From: a virus
Lineage: Duplodnaviria; Caudoviricetes
Virus record (IMG/VR): IMGVR_UViG_3300043220_000093
Location: 1 to 53,093 of that record
Length of the DNA stretch: 53,093 bases
Direction: 5' to 3' (one strand)
A program made the translations under genes and the position numbers. Within the stretch, counting starts at the first letter, position 1; each line of letters opens with the position of its first letter. This document shows, piece after piece, positions 25,600 through 35,730 of this stretch. The notes below the pieces were generated by a model. That model had not been told where the DNA came from. It made no database searches and saw only the letters and a list, made by a program, of their open reading frames with translations.

Positions 25600-27176
25600 G
25601 TTAATAAACTTGTAACCATATAAGCATCTGATCCATCTACTGCTCCAATTGCACAAAAAAGACTTAATTTTGGAGACCAACAAGCTCCAAATAAATCAAA
25701 CGCTTTAGGGTTCACTCTTTCAGTCCAGTGTATTCCATCAGGAGAAGTCAAAATATATGCGTATGTGCCATTAGTTTCTCCCACAGCGCAAAATACCTTT
25801 AAATCAGGAGACCAAAAGACACTATTTAAATCTAGATTTCTAGAATTATTTCTTTCTGTCCAAGTTGTTCCATCAGGGGAAGTCAATAGATAGCCATCAG
25901 TTCCATCTGCCCCTCCAACAGCGCAGAATAAAGCCAGGTCAGGAGACCAACAAACTCCGAATAAAGGAAAGCTCTTGGGATTAGCTCTATCTGTCCAAGT
26001 TGTCCCATCCGGAGATGTAACTATGTAAGCATCTACACCATCAAAAAGACCTACCGCACAAAATAAGGTTAAATCAGGGGACCAGCATATTCCTCTTAAA
26101 GCTTTATTTTGTGCATTAGCTCTATCTGTCCAAGTTGTCCCATCCGGAGATGTAACTATGTAAGCATCTACACCATCGTTTATCCCTACTGCACAAAATA
26201 AAGTTAATTCTTCAGACCAAGTAATAGCATATAAAGTTCTATTTTGTGGATTATTTCTTTCTGTCCAAGTTGTTCCATCAGGGGAAGTCAATAGATAGCC
26301 ATCTACCCCGTCTGCAACTCCTACAGCACAAAACAAATTCAGGTCAGGAGACCAACAAACTCCTCTTAAGGCTATGTTTTTTGCTACTGCAGGTGCTCTT
26401 TCTGTCCAGACTATCCCATCCGGAGATGTAACTATGTAAGCATCTACACCATCGTTTATCCCTACTGCACAAAATAAACCCAAAGAAGGAGACCAAATAA
26501 TACTATATAAAGTTACATTCTTTGTATTAGCTCTTTCTGTCCAATTAGATACCAATAAATTTCTAACCGGCATCAAATTCCCTGCTTGATGAGTAGCTTT
26601 TAGAAAAGGGAGATACTCTGAAAACGTAAACGTTCCTGCAGCTTCAGTGAACGTCTTAATACAAAGTTCATAATCAGTCGGTGGAGTTGTGTCAACAGTA
26701 AACGCATAAGAAGGGGATTGTTCATAAGCATAACTACCAGCCTTTTTGGCTCTTGCTCTTGTTGTACCATCAAGCTCTGTATACGCAACCTTAACATAGT
26801 TTATAGCACCACCGGCGGTATAAGAAGGAAGCGCCATATCAGTTTGTGCAGTCCAAGCAACTCTTATGGCTTCTATATCTTCATCCTGAGTTGATGGAGG
26901 AGTGGCACCATAACTGAGAACTGTTTGTACAGAAAACTTAGCATAACCAAAACCCAAAGTGATATTAAGAGTTGCCCCTGTACCCTGAGAAACTGCCCCA
27001 CCCTCTGCTCTAAAGGGTATGTGTTTTATTATATCTTTGAAAGACAAACCAAGTCTGTCCATTAAATAACAAAAATCTCTAAACAAATCCTGTCCAAAAT
27101 ATCTGTCACCTGCAGCATTCGGTACACCATTAGGTGATACCGCATCAAATTCATTATTGTGGTGTTTGCTTATCAT
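25596..27176 (-). CDS. Tail fibre/receptor-binding protein with 7-bladed Asp-box beta-propeller
   Basis: Seven ~45-aa repeats WTER...W(S)PDL.LFCAVG..DG.D.Y..TSPDG; follows the baseplate genes. Confidence 0.8.
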   Translation of the reverse strand: MISKHHNNEFDAVSPNGVPNAAGDRYFGQDLFRDFCYLMDRLGLSFKDIIKHIPFRAEGGAVSQGTGATLNITLGFGYAKFSVQTVLSYGATPPSTQDEDIEAIRVAWTAQTDMALPSYTAGGAINYVKVAYTELDGTTRARAKKAGSYAYEQSPSYAFTVDTTPPTDYELCIKTFTEAAGTFTFSEYLPFLKATHQAGNLMPVRNLLVSNWTERANTKNVTLYSIIWSPSLGLFCAVGINDGVDAYIVTSPDGIVWTERAPAVAKNIALRGVCWSPDLNLFCAVGVADGVDGYLLTSPDGTTWTERNNPQNRTLYAITWSEELTLFCAVGINDGVDAYIVTSPDGTTWTDRANAQNKALRGICWSPDLTLFCAVGLFDGVDAYIVTSPDGTTWTDRANPKSFPLFGVCWSPDLALFCAVGGADGTDGYLLTSPDGTTWTERNNSRNLDLNSVFWSPDLKVFCAVGETNGTYAYILTSPDGIHWTERVNPKAFDLFGACWSPKLSLFCAIGAVDGSDAYMVTSLLT

Positions 27177-27185
27177 TATATTCTC

Positions 27186-27851
27186 CTATCCCATTGTTCC
27201 GTTAGCATACGGTGTAAAAAATCCTGTCACTCCATGAATGTACCCGAGAACAACTATAAAATACGCGGGGGCAACATCATCTTCCATGCTTACAACTATT
27301 CTATTAACTTCGTCTGCGGTCAATGAATCATTATCAACATCAATCCAGACAATTCCAGGAATATTATTTTCATCAAAAGTTCCGATTAAATCAATACCAA
27401 GCTCATCATCAACATTATCATCACCAAACGTTGTTGTATAGTCCGCGGGATCACCAACCTGCTGCCCCCACAAGATCCACTCAGCTTCAAAATATGCAGG
27501 GACAATAGAAGAGTCACCACCCGCGACACCATCAACTATAATCTTGGCGTCCTTCTTCCAGGTACTTCTCGTTTTATGCCTTTGGACAGCGCTTTGAATT
27601 TTAATCCTTTTTTCACTATCCGTATCAAAAGAATTAAGTCCGGCTGAAATAAAATCACCAAGCTCATTTAGAAACTTAGTCGGACATCTTTCTGCAAGCT
27701 TAAAGAAAAACATTTCGAGTATATCAGATTTCCACTCAAGAATATGCGTATCTGCTTTTGTTACAAGAGCAGTCCCAGAAGCAGTACTATCTATCTGATC
27801 TTGTAATAATTTCGGAACATAATCTCTAAACGGTATTGGCAATAAACCCAT
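27186..27851 (-). CDS. Baseplate wedge protein (gpI-like)
   Basis: Position after baseplate J; CP.KFL.ELG...KR.KI..AV..HK. Confidence 0.7.
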   Translation of the reverse strand: MGLLPIPFRDYVPKLLQDQIDSTASGTALVTKADTHILEWKSDILEMFFFKLAERCPTKFLNELGDFISAGLNSFDTDSEKRIKIQSAVQRHKTRSTWKKDAKIIVDGVAGGDSSIVPAYFEAEWILWGQQVGDPADYTTTFGDDNVDDELGIDLIGTFDENNIPGIVWIDVDNDSLTADEVNRIVVSMEDDVAPAYFIVVLGYIHGVTGFFTPYANGTMG

Positions 27852-27861
27852 CTGTAAACCC

Positions 27862-29640
27862 CTAAGCTATTTCAGTTAAAGTCGTTGTTCCATCTGTGCT
27901 AATCTCATCATCATCAAGAGCTATCGGGAAAACAGGAAGCGCCCAGGTCAAATAATCACAGCCCTCAACAAACATATTGATAAAACCAAGTGTCTCAGTG
28001 TCCTGATATGTTTGGCCAAATTCCGGAATGAGATTTCTTTCATCCATCTCAGTTAAAAATGTTTGTATCTGTGCATAATCATTTGATGTGAATGTATCAC
28101 TCCACTTTGTATTGATAGCAACAACGGCCGCTTCAATTCCACTTGAATTATATAACCCAACTAATTCTTTTGTGTATTCAGAGAATAACAACCGAACACA
28201 TAACCGATAGAACGGAAGGACATCTGCAAAATCATATCCGGATAACATCTTCATTGCGCTGGTAACATTTGCAGTGACATATGTGGGATCATCGACTACA
28301 ACATTTATTGCGGAATCTCCGTCCGGATCTGATAACAAAGTTCTTTCAGTAAGATAAGTATCAAGAGAACTTTTCAAAGATGCGGATGGTGCCCCCCCAC
28401 CACTGGGTACAATTACAATCTGGACAGACAATAAACCGTAAACATTTTTATTTGCCTTTGCCTGTGAAACTCCACTAAACGACTCCGACAATGCTTCAAA
28501 ATCTTCAGTCGTAACAGCCCGGTCTCTTGCCTTTAAAAGCAATGGTCCCAACTTCTTTGCGCTCTCAATATTTTCCTCATCATCACCACCAGTAAAAGTT
28601 GTTGCATTGCTTACGCCTTCAACATTTGAATCACTTCCAGCATAAATATTTATTTTATCTAAAGTAGAAATATTACTATTAAGTCCACCGCCATAACTAT
28701 AATCTGCAAAGATATCAAACGCCCCGGGAATCGCGCCATAAACTCCATTTCCAAATCCTATTTTTGCTTTCCCATTTTCCAGGTAAATAAGCTTGAAATG
28801 TTTATCAGTTGATGACGAATTAACAAAAGTAGTTACCAAGGTCCATGAATCACTATTTATTGTTAACTCAATTGTATCTGACAATATCTTTAAATCTGGA
28901 AGTTCGAACTCTTGCCATGTTGTAACACCATCAGACTCACCAATTATTATAGAATTGGATAAAGACTCTTGTTGATATGCTGTAACCTGGGAAGAATAAA
29001 GATGGATAGTATGAACACCAACACCTGTAGTTGTGATATTGATATAAGTTCCTGCATATGCATCTGACAAACTTGTTGCCAACCTGATATGCGTGTCATC
29101 TACATAGATAACATAGTAGTCTGTGTTAATTGCAAGAGGAGCCGGGAGTGTATTTGTTGTAGTGAATCTAACCTTTTCTCCTGTCAGGTAAACTCTCGCG
29201 ACAATCAGCCAGTCATCTCCAGCGCTTACCGTGAACGTTTCATTTACTGCCGTTATGGATGCGCTTGCTCTTCCTTCAAATCTTCTTTGTGCAACAGTGA
29301 CACTTCCCTCATTCTGTGCTGCAAGATCTGCTTTTGCAACAACCAGTGGGAACGCTGTTGAACCATCCAAATAAAAAATCAATGTTCCGGAAGAAGTTGA
29401 AACAGAACTTAAATCATAATCAATTAATTCGCACAAATCAATTACAGCTTGCCTGGTAAATGAAGTTCTCAGAAAACTTTGATTTGCAACAGCGTTTATA
29501 ATCATTGAAAGGACATCACCAACACCGGCCCATATTCTTTTCCACCAGTTAGGAGTATCAATGAGATCACTATCTGAATTTATGTCATTCATTATTGTCG
29601 TGAAAGTTCGGCTTATATATTTAATCGGGTTAGTTGCCAT
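27862..29640 (-). CDS. Baseplate J-like wedge protein
   Basis: YISRTF...FGNG.YG.IP...GGDDEENIE...RAVT.EDFE.L..GV..A. Confidence 0.88.
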   Translation of the reverse strand: MATNPIKYISRTFTTIMNDINSDSDLIDTPNWWKRIWAGVGDVLSMIINAVANQSFLRTSFTRQAVIDLCELIDYDLSSVSTSSGTLIFYLDGSTAFPLVVAKADLAAQNEGSVTVAQRRFEGRASASITAVNETFTVSAGDDWLIVARVYLTGEKVRFTTTNTLPAPLAINTDYYVIYVDDTHIRLATSLSDAYAGTYINITTTGVGVHTIHLYSSQVTAYQQESLSNSIIIGESDGVTTWQEFELPDLKILSDTIELTINSDSWTLVTTFVNSSSTDKHFKLIYLENGKAKIGFGNGVYGAIPGAFDIFADYSYGGGLNSNISTLDKINIYAGSDSNVEGVSNATTFTGGDDEENIESAKKLGPLLLKARDRAVTTEDFEALSESFSGVSQAKANKNVYGLLSVQIVIVPSGGGAPSASLKSSLDTYLTERTLLSDPDGDSAINVVVDDPTYVTANVTSAMKMLSGYDFADVLPFYRLCVRLLFSEYTKELVGLYNSSGIEAAVVAINTKWSDTFTSNDYAQIQTFLTEMDERNLIPEFGQTYQDTETLGFINMFVEGCDYLTWALPVFPIALDDDEISTDGTTTLTEIA

Positions 29641-30050
29641 TACACTACTCCTGGTACTGACGGATTTATTGTTTTATATGCATCATAATTAAAATACGGG
29701 ATATACAAAACAGCAACATCTAATTCACCATTTCTGTTAGAAATAAAATTTATGGAATTCTGACTAACTGCCAATCTTCTATCTTTATTTCCATTGCTAC
29801 CATCGACAACCATTCTATTTCTAAATGCAAATGCACTTGCTATACCATACCTCAATGAGACCTGGAGACTGACTACATTTGGATGATTTTCAGATCCAGA
29901 GACTCCACCTGATTCCAGATTATTATAAAACAATGTCCGGTTGCCCTGGACCAGTATCATCATTGCATCAGATTCATTTTCAAGATCCAATGAATTTTTG
30001 CCATAGTTAAAAAATAAATCCCAACTTCCTAATTGTGATGGAGTGCTCAT
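29640..30050 (-). CDS. Baseplate gp25/W-like protein
   Basis: Size and position between spike and baseplate J. Confidence 0.6.
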   Translation of the reverse strand: MSTPSQLGSWDLFFNYGKNSLDLENESDAMMILVQGNRTLFYNNLESGGVSGSENHPNVVSLQVSLRYGIASAFAFRNRMVVDGSNGNKDRRLAVSQNSINFISNRNGELDVAVLYIPYFNYDAYKTINPSVPGVV

Positions 30051-30652
30051 TTTCCAAATATCTCCTTTGACACCTCACTCCCTGATGGTGCTGTTGCATT
30101 AACTGGCACATAAGGAGTTGGTGCAGGTATAGAATTTATAGACGTTTGTATTGCTATATAATTAATATTGATATTCGTTACTAAGTTATTCAAGAATGTC
30201 AAAAGTAAATTTCCTAAAACAAAAGGTTCTGTTCCTTTATTAAAAATAAGTTGTGCTAATAAATCATTATAGATAATACTATATCCTGTTTTTTTACTTT
30301 GGAAAACGACCTTTGTACCCGGAAGACCATCATAAGCAACCGGGACCATATCAGCCATTTCTGTTGCAGGGTATATAAAAACAGGTCGGTTCGGATCCCC
30401 TGCCATAAAATATATTTCTACATAATCATTTACTTCTGGAACAATCATTGAACTGCTTTGTCTCGGGAAACTCCACATTCCAGCGTCAGGAGTATCAAAA
30501 CCAAGCTCCGGGATAAGAACCAACACCCGGCCCTTTTTTATGGGGTCAACATTATTAACAACCAAGGCAAGATAGTGTCTCAGAAACGTTGTTTCTTCTT
30601 TAATAATTTCTGCAATCAGATTATATACATCCCTATCGAGTGGACCATCCAT
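30047..30652 (-). CDS. Baseplate central spike (gpV/Gp5 OB-fold)
   Basis: VVNNVDPIKKGRV.V.IP...VPEV.D.V.I.F..GDP..P. Confidence 0.85.
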   Translation of the reverse strand: MDGPLDRDVYNLIAEIIKEETTFLRHYLALVVNNVDPIKKGRVLVLIPELGFDTPDAGMWSFPRQSSSMIVPEVNDYVEIYFMAGDPNRPVFIYPATEMADMVPVAYDGLPGTKVVFQSKKTGYSIIYNDLLAQLIFNKGTEPFVLGNLLLTFLNNLVTNININYIAIQTSINSIPAPTPYVPVNATAPSGSEVSKEIFGK

Positions 30653-31899
30653 TATATAAAACTTCCCCCTGTATAAGTTAGAGTATCCATAGCGTCAGCC
30701 TGTATTGCATACCCGTTTCTATCGATACTATGTGTAACTTTTCTCAAGAACATTTTGAATTGCTTTGAATTAAAATTATCAGGGAACCCTCTTCCAAATT
30801 TTACTTCCATCGGGGATGTAATCATTGGATTCCCCAAAAGATTTAATGAAACCGAATAGCCAAGCCCCTGTGGAGCGGTGCTTTCTGTATATGGAACAAA
30901 ATAATTATCTGGCCCAACCAAACTTTGAAAATCTGTGACATTAAGTGCCCATTTTGCATAATCATTCATACTTTTTAATCCGCCTGCTTGATTTGTTCTT
31001 CTTAATTCAGAAGTAATCTTTTCAGGCCTAAATATATAAGCTCTTACGGTTTCCCTCTCTGCTATATATCTGATAAATGTAGTTTTCCCATTAATCATTA
31101 CCAACTTTACATGGTCTCCCGATCCACCCTCCCCGGCGTGATTCTTCCAGGTATATGATTTTACATTAGCAACTCCAAATTTGTAATTAAGATGTATACT
31201 ATTTCCGAAAGCTGAGCCGGAAACAATTTTTTGGAATTGAGACAAAACAAATTTATCATGGTCCACAAACATTCCATATAACAATCCAGCTGAGTTCTGA
31301 CCTATCCGGAATATACACCTCCATTCTCTTGCATATTTCTGTAAAAATTTAAAGTTTGTTCCGTATTGTGTAATCTGAGTATCACGGTTGATTGTTTCAT
31401 TCCCTCTTCTAAAATTTATTTCGAACAATCTAACACCCATCTGGCCGAACACCTCGGAGACAATAGAAGCCTTTGTTCCTACAGAATAAACTTTCCTGAT
31501 TTTTGTTCCTGAATACTCGGTGCCGTAAAAACTACAATTATAATACGTATATCCTTTATCGTCTCCTCCACCTGAAGGACTCATTATATATGCAAATACA
31601 TTTGTTCTTGCAAGGACACCAGAGACCTCCAGCGGGTTTTCGTTAAATGCCAATAATGTTCTTAGATTATCATCAACATCTTTATAGCCCCAACTAATCC
31701 ACAACCTTATACCAGTTCTTAACAACCTGGAATAAACCGAGTTCGGATCATAAAGTGTTAAATTACCAGACATAGTTTTTCCAATCTCTTCGGTAATTGA
31801 AAAATTAACTATATCGTCACTAAGTACATTATAATCCAAAGGTACATCAGGACTGAAAATATTAAAAAAACTGCTGTCTGCATTATTAAGTCCGATCAT
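30652..31899 (-). CDS. Baseplate hub (gpD/gp27-like)
   Basis: Q...NFKFLQK.A...GNP.I...KVTHSIDRNGY. Confidence 0.75.
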   Translation of the reverse strand: MIGLNNADSSFFNIFSPDVPLDYNVLSDDIVNFSITEEIGKTMSGNLTLYDPNSVYSRLLRTGIRLWISWGYKDVDDNLRTLLAFNENPLEVSGVLARTNVFAYIMSPSGGGDDKGYTYYNCSFYGTEYSGTKIRKVYSVGTKASIVSEVFGQMGVRLFEINFRRGNETINRDTQITQYGTNFKFLQKYAREWRCIFRIGQNSAGLLYGMFVDHDKFVLSQFQKIVSGSAFGNSIHLNYKFGVANVKSYTWKNHAGEGGSGDHVKLVMINGKTTFIRYIAERETVRAYIFRPEKITSELRRTNQAGGLKSMNDYAKWALNVTDFQSLVGPDNYFVPYTESTAPQGLGYSVSLNLLGNPMITSPMEVKFGRGFPDNFNSKQFKMFLRKVTHSIDRNGYAIQADAMDTLTYTGGSFI

Positions 31900-32171
31900 C
31901 TTATTGGAATCCTCAACTGCTTTAACTTAGAGAGGTCAAAACAGGCATCAAATAAATCTGCAATATTATGATCAATTATTTTATATGTATCACCTTCAGC
32001 GTCATCACCAAAGACATCATTTCTTGTTGCTATTTCATCAGGCCTGTCATCTGCACGAATCTTAATTTTTTTTGCTGTTGTATATTCCGGATATTCTCTC
32101 ATATCTTTGATAGCAACTTTATCACCAACATCAGTTTCAAAAGAGATTGTATCAACGTCAAAGTATCTCAT
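31896..32171 (-). CDS. gpX/LysM-like baseplate protein
   Basis: DRPDEIA...FGD....KI.D.N...L.IP. Confidence 0.7.
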   Translation of the reverse strand: MRYFDVDTISFETDVGDKVAIKDMREYPEYTTAKKIKIRADDRPDEIATRNDVFGDDAEGDTYKIIDHNIADLFDACFDLSKLKQLRIPIR

Positions 32172-32296
32172 CTTTTTACTATTACCCCATTCTTAAGTTT
32201 TATCTTTTTCTCATCAATAATAGGCATTTCATATTTTCCAATTATAATTAATAATTGTCTTATCGTTAAAGAAGAATCTAATCTTTGTGATCTCAT
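32168..32296 (-). CDS. Small hypothetical protein (42 aa)
   Basis: Manual ORF MRSQRLDSS..., coupled to genes at both ends. Confidence 0.4.
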   Translation of the reverse strand: MRSQRLDSSLTIRQLLIIIGKYEMPIIDEKKIKLKNGVIVKR

Positions 32297-32895
32297 TAAT
32301 ATACCCTTTTGCCCTCTGTTGATTTTACAATCCCATATGCCCCGTAAACCATGCCAGCAAGACTTGCAAGCTTCCTAAAAACTTCTTCAGCTTTGTATAA
32401 TAGATTAGTTTCATCAAGCCATAATTCAATATCTAATTCTGAATACTGGGGAAACCCCATCTCATTTGTCCACCCCTGCTTGTGAGTGGCGTCACACTTT
32501 TTAACCCAAAACACCAAAGGAACAGAACCAATCCCCCAGGAATAAAGAACTCTTGGTGTAGTATCAAATTGCTCAGAAAATAAACCAGTAAGACCAACAG
32601 CGTTGTTTCTTAGGTTCTCGAATTGCTTTAATATCAAAACATTTCCGACAGTATTATTTCTTTTTATTAACGGGATAGTGAAAGATATCTTTCTGTTCCC
32701 TGCCCCACCCGGAAGGATAGGAGAAAAATTCAATCCGGGAATAGGAACCTCTGTTAAAACGATTTCTTTTGTATCTTTTATATCGCTCGGAATTATGTCA
32801 GAGCCGGTTGTAATCAATTGAACATTATCAATATCAAACATAAACCAAGGAAGATGATAAGCGAATTTCGGAATTGATAGATCTTTTAAACCCAT
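32296..32895 (-). CDS. Tail tube initiator (CIS tube-like)
   Basis: IPGLNFSP...G.RKISF...PRVLYSWG...FPQYS; follows the tape measure. Confidence 0.7.
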   Translation of the reverse strand: MGLKDLSIPKFAYHLPWFMFDIDNVQLITTGSDIIPSDIKDTKEIVLTEVPIPGLNFSPILPGGAGNRKISFTIPLIKRNNTVGNVLILKQFENLRNNAVGLTGLFSEQFDTTPRVLYSWGIGSVPLVFWVKKCDATHKQGWTNEMGFPQYSELDIELWLDETNLLYKAEEVFRKLASLAGMVYGAYGIVKSTEGKRVY

Positions 32896-34139
32896 TATTT
32901 TGTCGCCACTCCAAGATTAGAATCATTTATTGATTGATTCATTTTTTTATACAACGTGTCATTTACACCATCTGCAAAACTCTCACCAGCTTTCTTTGCA
33001 TTTCCCTCTGTAACATTAACATTGATATTGCTTTTAATCTCAACCTTAGGGGATGTATCTTTTGGTGGAGCAGACGGACTAATTGCTTCTGAAATAACAT
33101 CTCTACGCTCCAATGTCCTGTTAGCGAACCCCTCCCATATATCACGGAATTTGTCACTTTGTTTTTTCAGCTGTTTAGGTGTCAGACCAGCATACACGCC
33201 CTGCAACATAACGACAGCCTGAACAAGACCTTCTATTGTTGTCACGATAGTGTCTATTCCCTGGGCAAATAATTTAAATGTGACGCTTAATGTAGTACCC
33301 ACAAAATAACCTATCTGTTTTAGTGTTGAAAGTAAAGATTTTGCTGATTTATCAGATGTAATAAATACATCCAGGAATCTCTCCAACGTCTCCATCATAT
33401 CTGCCAAATCAGGACCGACATCACCAATCCCCTCAATCATTCCATCAAAAAAACTTTTTGCGTTAGCCAAGGCAGTAGCAAATAGTGATCCCAACTTTTC
33501 AAAAACAGGTCCAAACAACTGAAGAAGGAATTCGGTAACGACAGTTATTTTAAACATCATTATATTTACGATATCACCCATTCTCTTTGTGACTTTTCCA
33601 AATATAGCTTCAAACCGATTTATAAAACTTTGGACAAATCTCCGGACAAGACTAATCATACCCTTTACGATATTCACAACTATACGGAAAGCGTTTGCTA
33701 TATGGACACCCCACCGGACAAACATAGCTCTGTGGTCCCGGACCCAATCAAGCATCTTCTGTAACATTGGCATCAATAATTTTCGAAGGGGCCACAACAA
33801 ATTTCTCATTATTATATCACCAGCAATCTTGAACGATCTTCCAATCTCCGGGATAGCACTCATAACCTTCCGGAGAGCGAAGAACCCCCCGGCCAACATA
33901 CCAAGGCGCTTAGTAAGCGCTCCCACTATATTGTTAGCATTATCACCAAATCCCTTTTGGACTGCCTTCTGTGTCTCCTCAGCGCCTTTTTTTGTTTTTT
34001 GGAAAAACGTATTCCACCCCTTTTTTGCTCCCTCAAAAAACCCGGAAGCAGCAGACTTTAAAAGACTGAAACCTTTTGCTATTTTATCGATACCAGTCAA
34101 GAAAGGAACTGCGTTGAATGTAAAGACTAGATCGTCCAT
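32895..34139 (-). CDS. Tape measure protein (short, 414 aa)
   Basis: Helical, aromatic-periodic sequence after the tail chaperones. Confidence 0.75.
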   Translation of the reverse strand: MDDLVFTFNAVPFLTGIDKIAKGFSLLKSAASGFFEGAKKGWNTFFQKTKKGAEETQKAVQKGFGDNANNIVGALTKRLGMLAGGFFALRKVMSAIPEIGRSFKIAGDIIMRNLLWPLRKLLMPMLQKMLDWVRDHRAMFVRWGVHIANAFRIVVNIVKGMISLVRRFVQSFINRFEAIFGKVTKRMGDIVNIMMFKITVVTEFLLQLFGPVFEKLGSLFATALANAKSFFDGMIEGIGDVGPDLADMMETLERFLDVFITSDKSAKSLLSTLKQIGYFVGTTLSVTFKLFAQGIDTIVTTIEGLVQAVVMLQGVYAGLTPKQLKKQSDKFRDIWEGFANRTLERRDVISEAISPSAPPKDTSPKVEIKSNINVNVTEGNAKKAGESFADGVNDTLYKKMNQSINDSNLGVATK

Positions 34140-34222
34140 ATTGCCCCCTGGGTACTGCTTGTATCGCCTTCAGCTTGTCAGGCTTTGGTGCCACGGCTCT
34201 CGTTCACTAGAAACTATATATC

Positions 34223-34501
34223 CTACTCAGGATTGTCCTCTGTTGCTCTCTCCTGAAGCTTTGCACAAATCTTATTAAGCTCAAGGTATTCATCGAAAGG
34301 GAGTGTATCAATATACTCTTTATTGAATCCTCCGCTTGTTTCTCGACAAATAAGAACACACCCTGAAATATACATCCTGTTATTGAAGTCCTCAATATAA
34401 ACATCATTAATGACTTCATCCTTTACAGCAAAACCATCAGCTAGCCACAACCAATCTTGTCTCGGCTTAACGCCTATAAGTCGAGACCCGACACGAAAAA
34501 A
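34223..34501 (-). CDS. Tail assembly chaperone, -1 frameshift extension (gpT-like)
   Basis: Open in the -1 frame from the slippery T TTT TTC (34495-34501) to the stop at 34223. Confidence 0.8.
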   Translation of the reverse strand, partial: FFRVGSRLIGVKPRQDWLWLADGFAVKDEVINDVYIEDFNNRMYISGCVLICRETSGGFNKEYIDTLPFDEYLELNKICAKLQERATEDNPE

Positions 34502-35307
34502 CTTGACATATTAATGTGAGCTTTAAATTCCTTATCACACTTGTTACATATTTTTTTAATGGCAGGGTTGATTCCAAACTTTGATGCTTCTCTATTAAGC
34601 TGCCCAATATCATTGAGAACATCTTTGATATTTTCAAATATAATCATCCCAAATGCGAACCTATATTTCTTATCAACATCATTTCCGTTCACAGCAGATA
34701 ATGATTCAACATATGTTGCGAACTGAAGACGAACTTGATCCCGCTGGCTGTACTGTCTTGATGCTACAATGCAATCCTGAATAGTTGAATAACCAATCTT
34801 TACACTTTCTACTTCTTCAAGGACTTCCTTGGTGGCCTTATTTATAATTGACACCGGTTCATTAAGCGTGATTGCAAAATGCTCCTGGATATCATCCATA
34901 AAATTACACTCAAGACTTGAAATTAAATCCCTGGTGTCAATCTCGTCTTCCTCACTGCCAGATAATTCAGAGATTATACGGTTACCACACCGGGGGCATT
35001 TATAAATACCCTCAACATAATCATTTTCCGGATCGAGAAGAATCATTATCTGAATCATAACATATTCAGCAGACCGATATGGCAACAACCCAGCGAGACC
35101 CTTCACACCAACCTTGTCTTCAACCAGATCTTCATCATTATATACTGACGTTATACAACCAGACAGAAATACTTTCATAGCTGTGAAGACATCATCAGTA
35201 TCAATAATCTTCCTGGTATCAGCTATAACCGATCCCTTCGGTTTAATTATATCAACATCAGTATAAACCTTTCCAGACTTTGCGAATATAGGAATTGGTA
35301 ATCTCAT
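34474..35307 (-). CDS. Tail assembly chaperone with Zn-ribbons
   Basis: CPRCG and CNKC, ending ...SSFF; lies between tube and tape measure. Confidence 0.75.
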   Translation of the reverse strand: MRLPIPIFAKSGKVYTDVDIIKPKGSVIADTRKIIDTDDVFTAMKVFLSGCITSVYNDEDLVEDKVGVKGLAGLLPYRSAEYVMIQIMILLDPENDYVEGIYKCPRCGNRIISELSGSEEDEIDTRDLISSLECNFMDDIQEHFAITLNEPVSIINKATKEVLEEVESVKIGYSTIQDCIVASRQYSQRDQVRLQFATYVESLSAVNGNDVDKKYRFAFGMIIFENIKDVLNDIGQLNREASKFGINPAIKKICNKCDKEFKAHINMSSFFVSGLDL

Positions 35308-35310
35308 AAA

Positions 35311-35730
35311 CTATTCACCATCCAACGGGATAATATCCCAGGGAAGTAAGGTGACTGCTATTTGTGCAAAGGTCGGAGTAGCCAAATCAACCTCCGGTTT
35401 TCCAAGCTTAATACATTCACACTGTGGCATCATATCCCGCGCAAACTCATCACCATGAGCATCAGTATAAACAACAACGACATCCTTAATTTCATCATTT
35501 TGTTTCCAGTCACGAAAAAACTTATCTGTACTTGTTCCCCTCGCAATCTTATATCTCATTTCTTGCATGGGAATTTTTGTTATTCCGTTCTGAATAATTC
35601 TTGTTCGTCTGAACTCAGGAACCTCAATAGTTCCAGACTCGAGTACTCGTTCACCCTTCCAGACTAAACCAAGAATTTCTTCACCGTCGATGTATATCTT
35701 TACCTTTTCGGCCATATCATTTGGTTGGAT
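35311..35730 (-). CDS. Tail tube protein
   Basis: Follows sheath; first ATG at 35715, but SD GAGGAG points to an in-frame ATC at 35730. Confidence 0.8.
   Translation of the reverse strand: MQPNDMAEKVKIYIDGEEILGLVWKGERVLESGTIEVPEFRRTRIIQNGITKIPMQEMRYKIARGTSTDKFFRDWKQNDEIKDVVVVYTDAHGDEFARDMMPQCECIKLGKPEVDLATPTFAQIAVTLLPWDIIPLDGE

Noticed and set aside
25596-27176. Diversity-generating retroelement acting on the RBP
   Set aside because: No reverse transcriptase and no non-coding template repeat with adenine-specific differences was seen
24416-34215. Self-cleaving ribozymes in the GC-rich gaps at ~24.5 kb and ~34.2 kb
   Set aside because: I could not fit hammerhead, twister, pistol or HDV core motifs by eye
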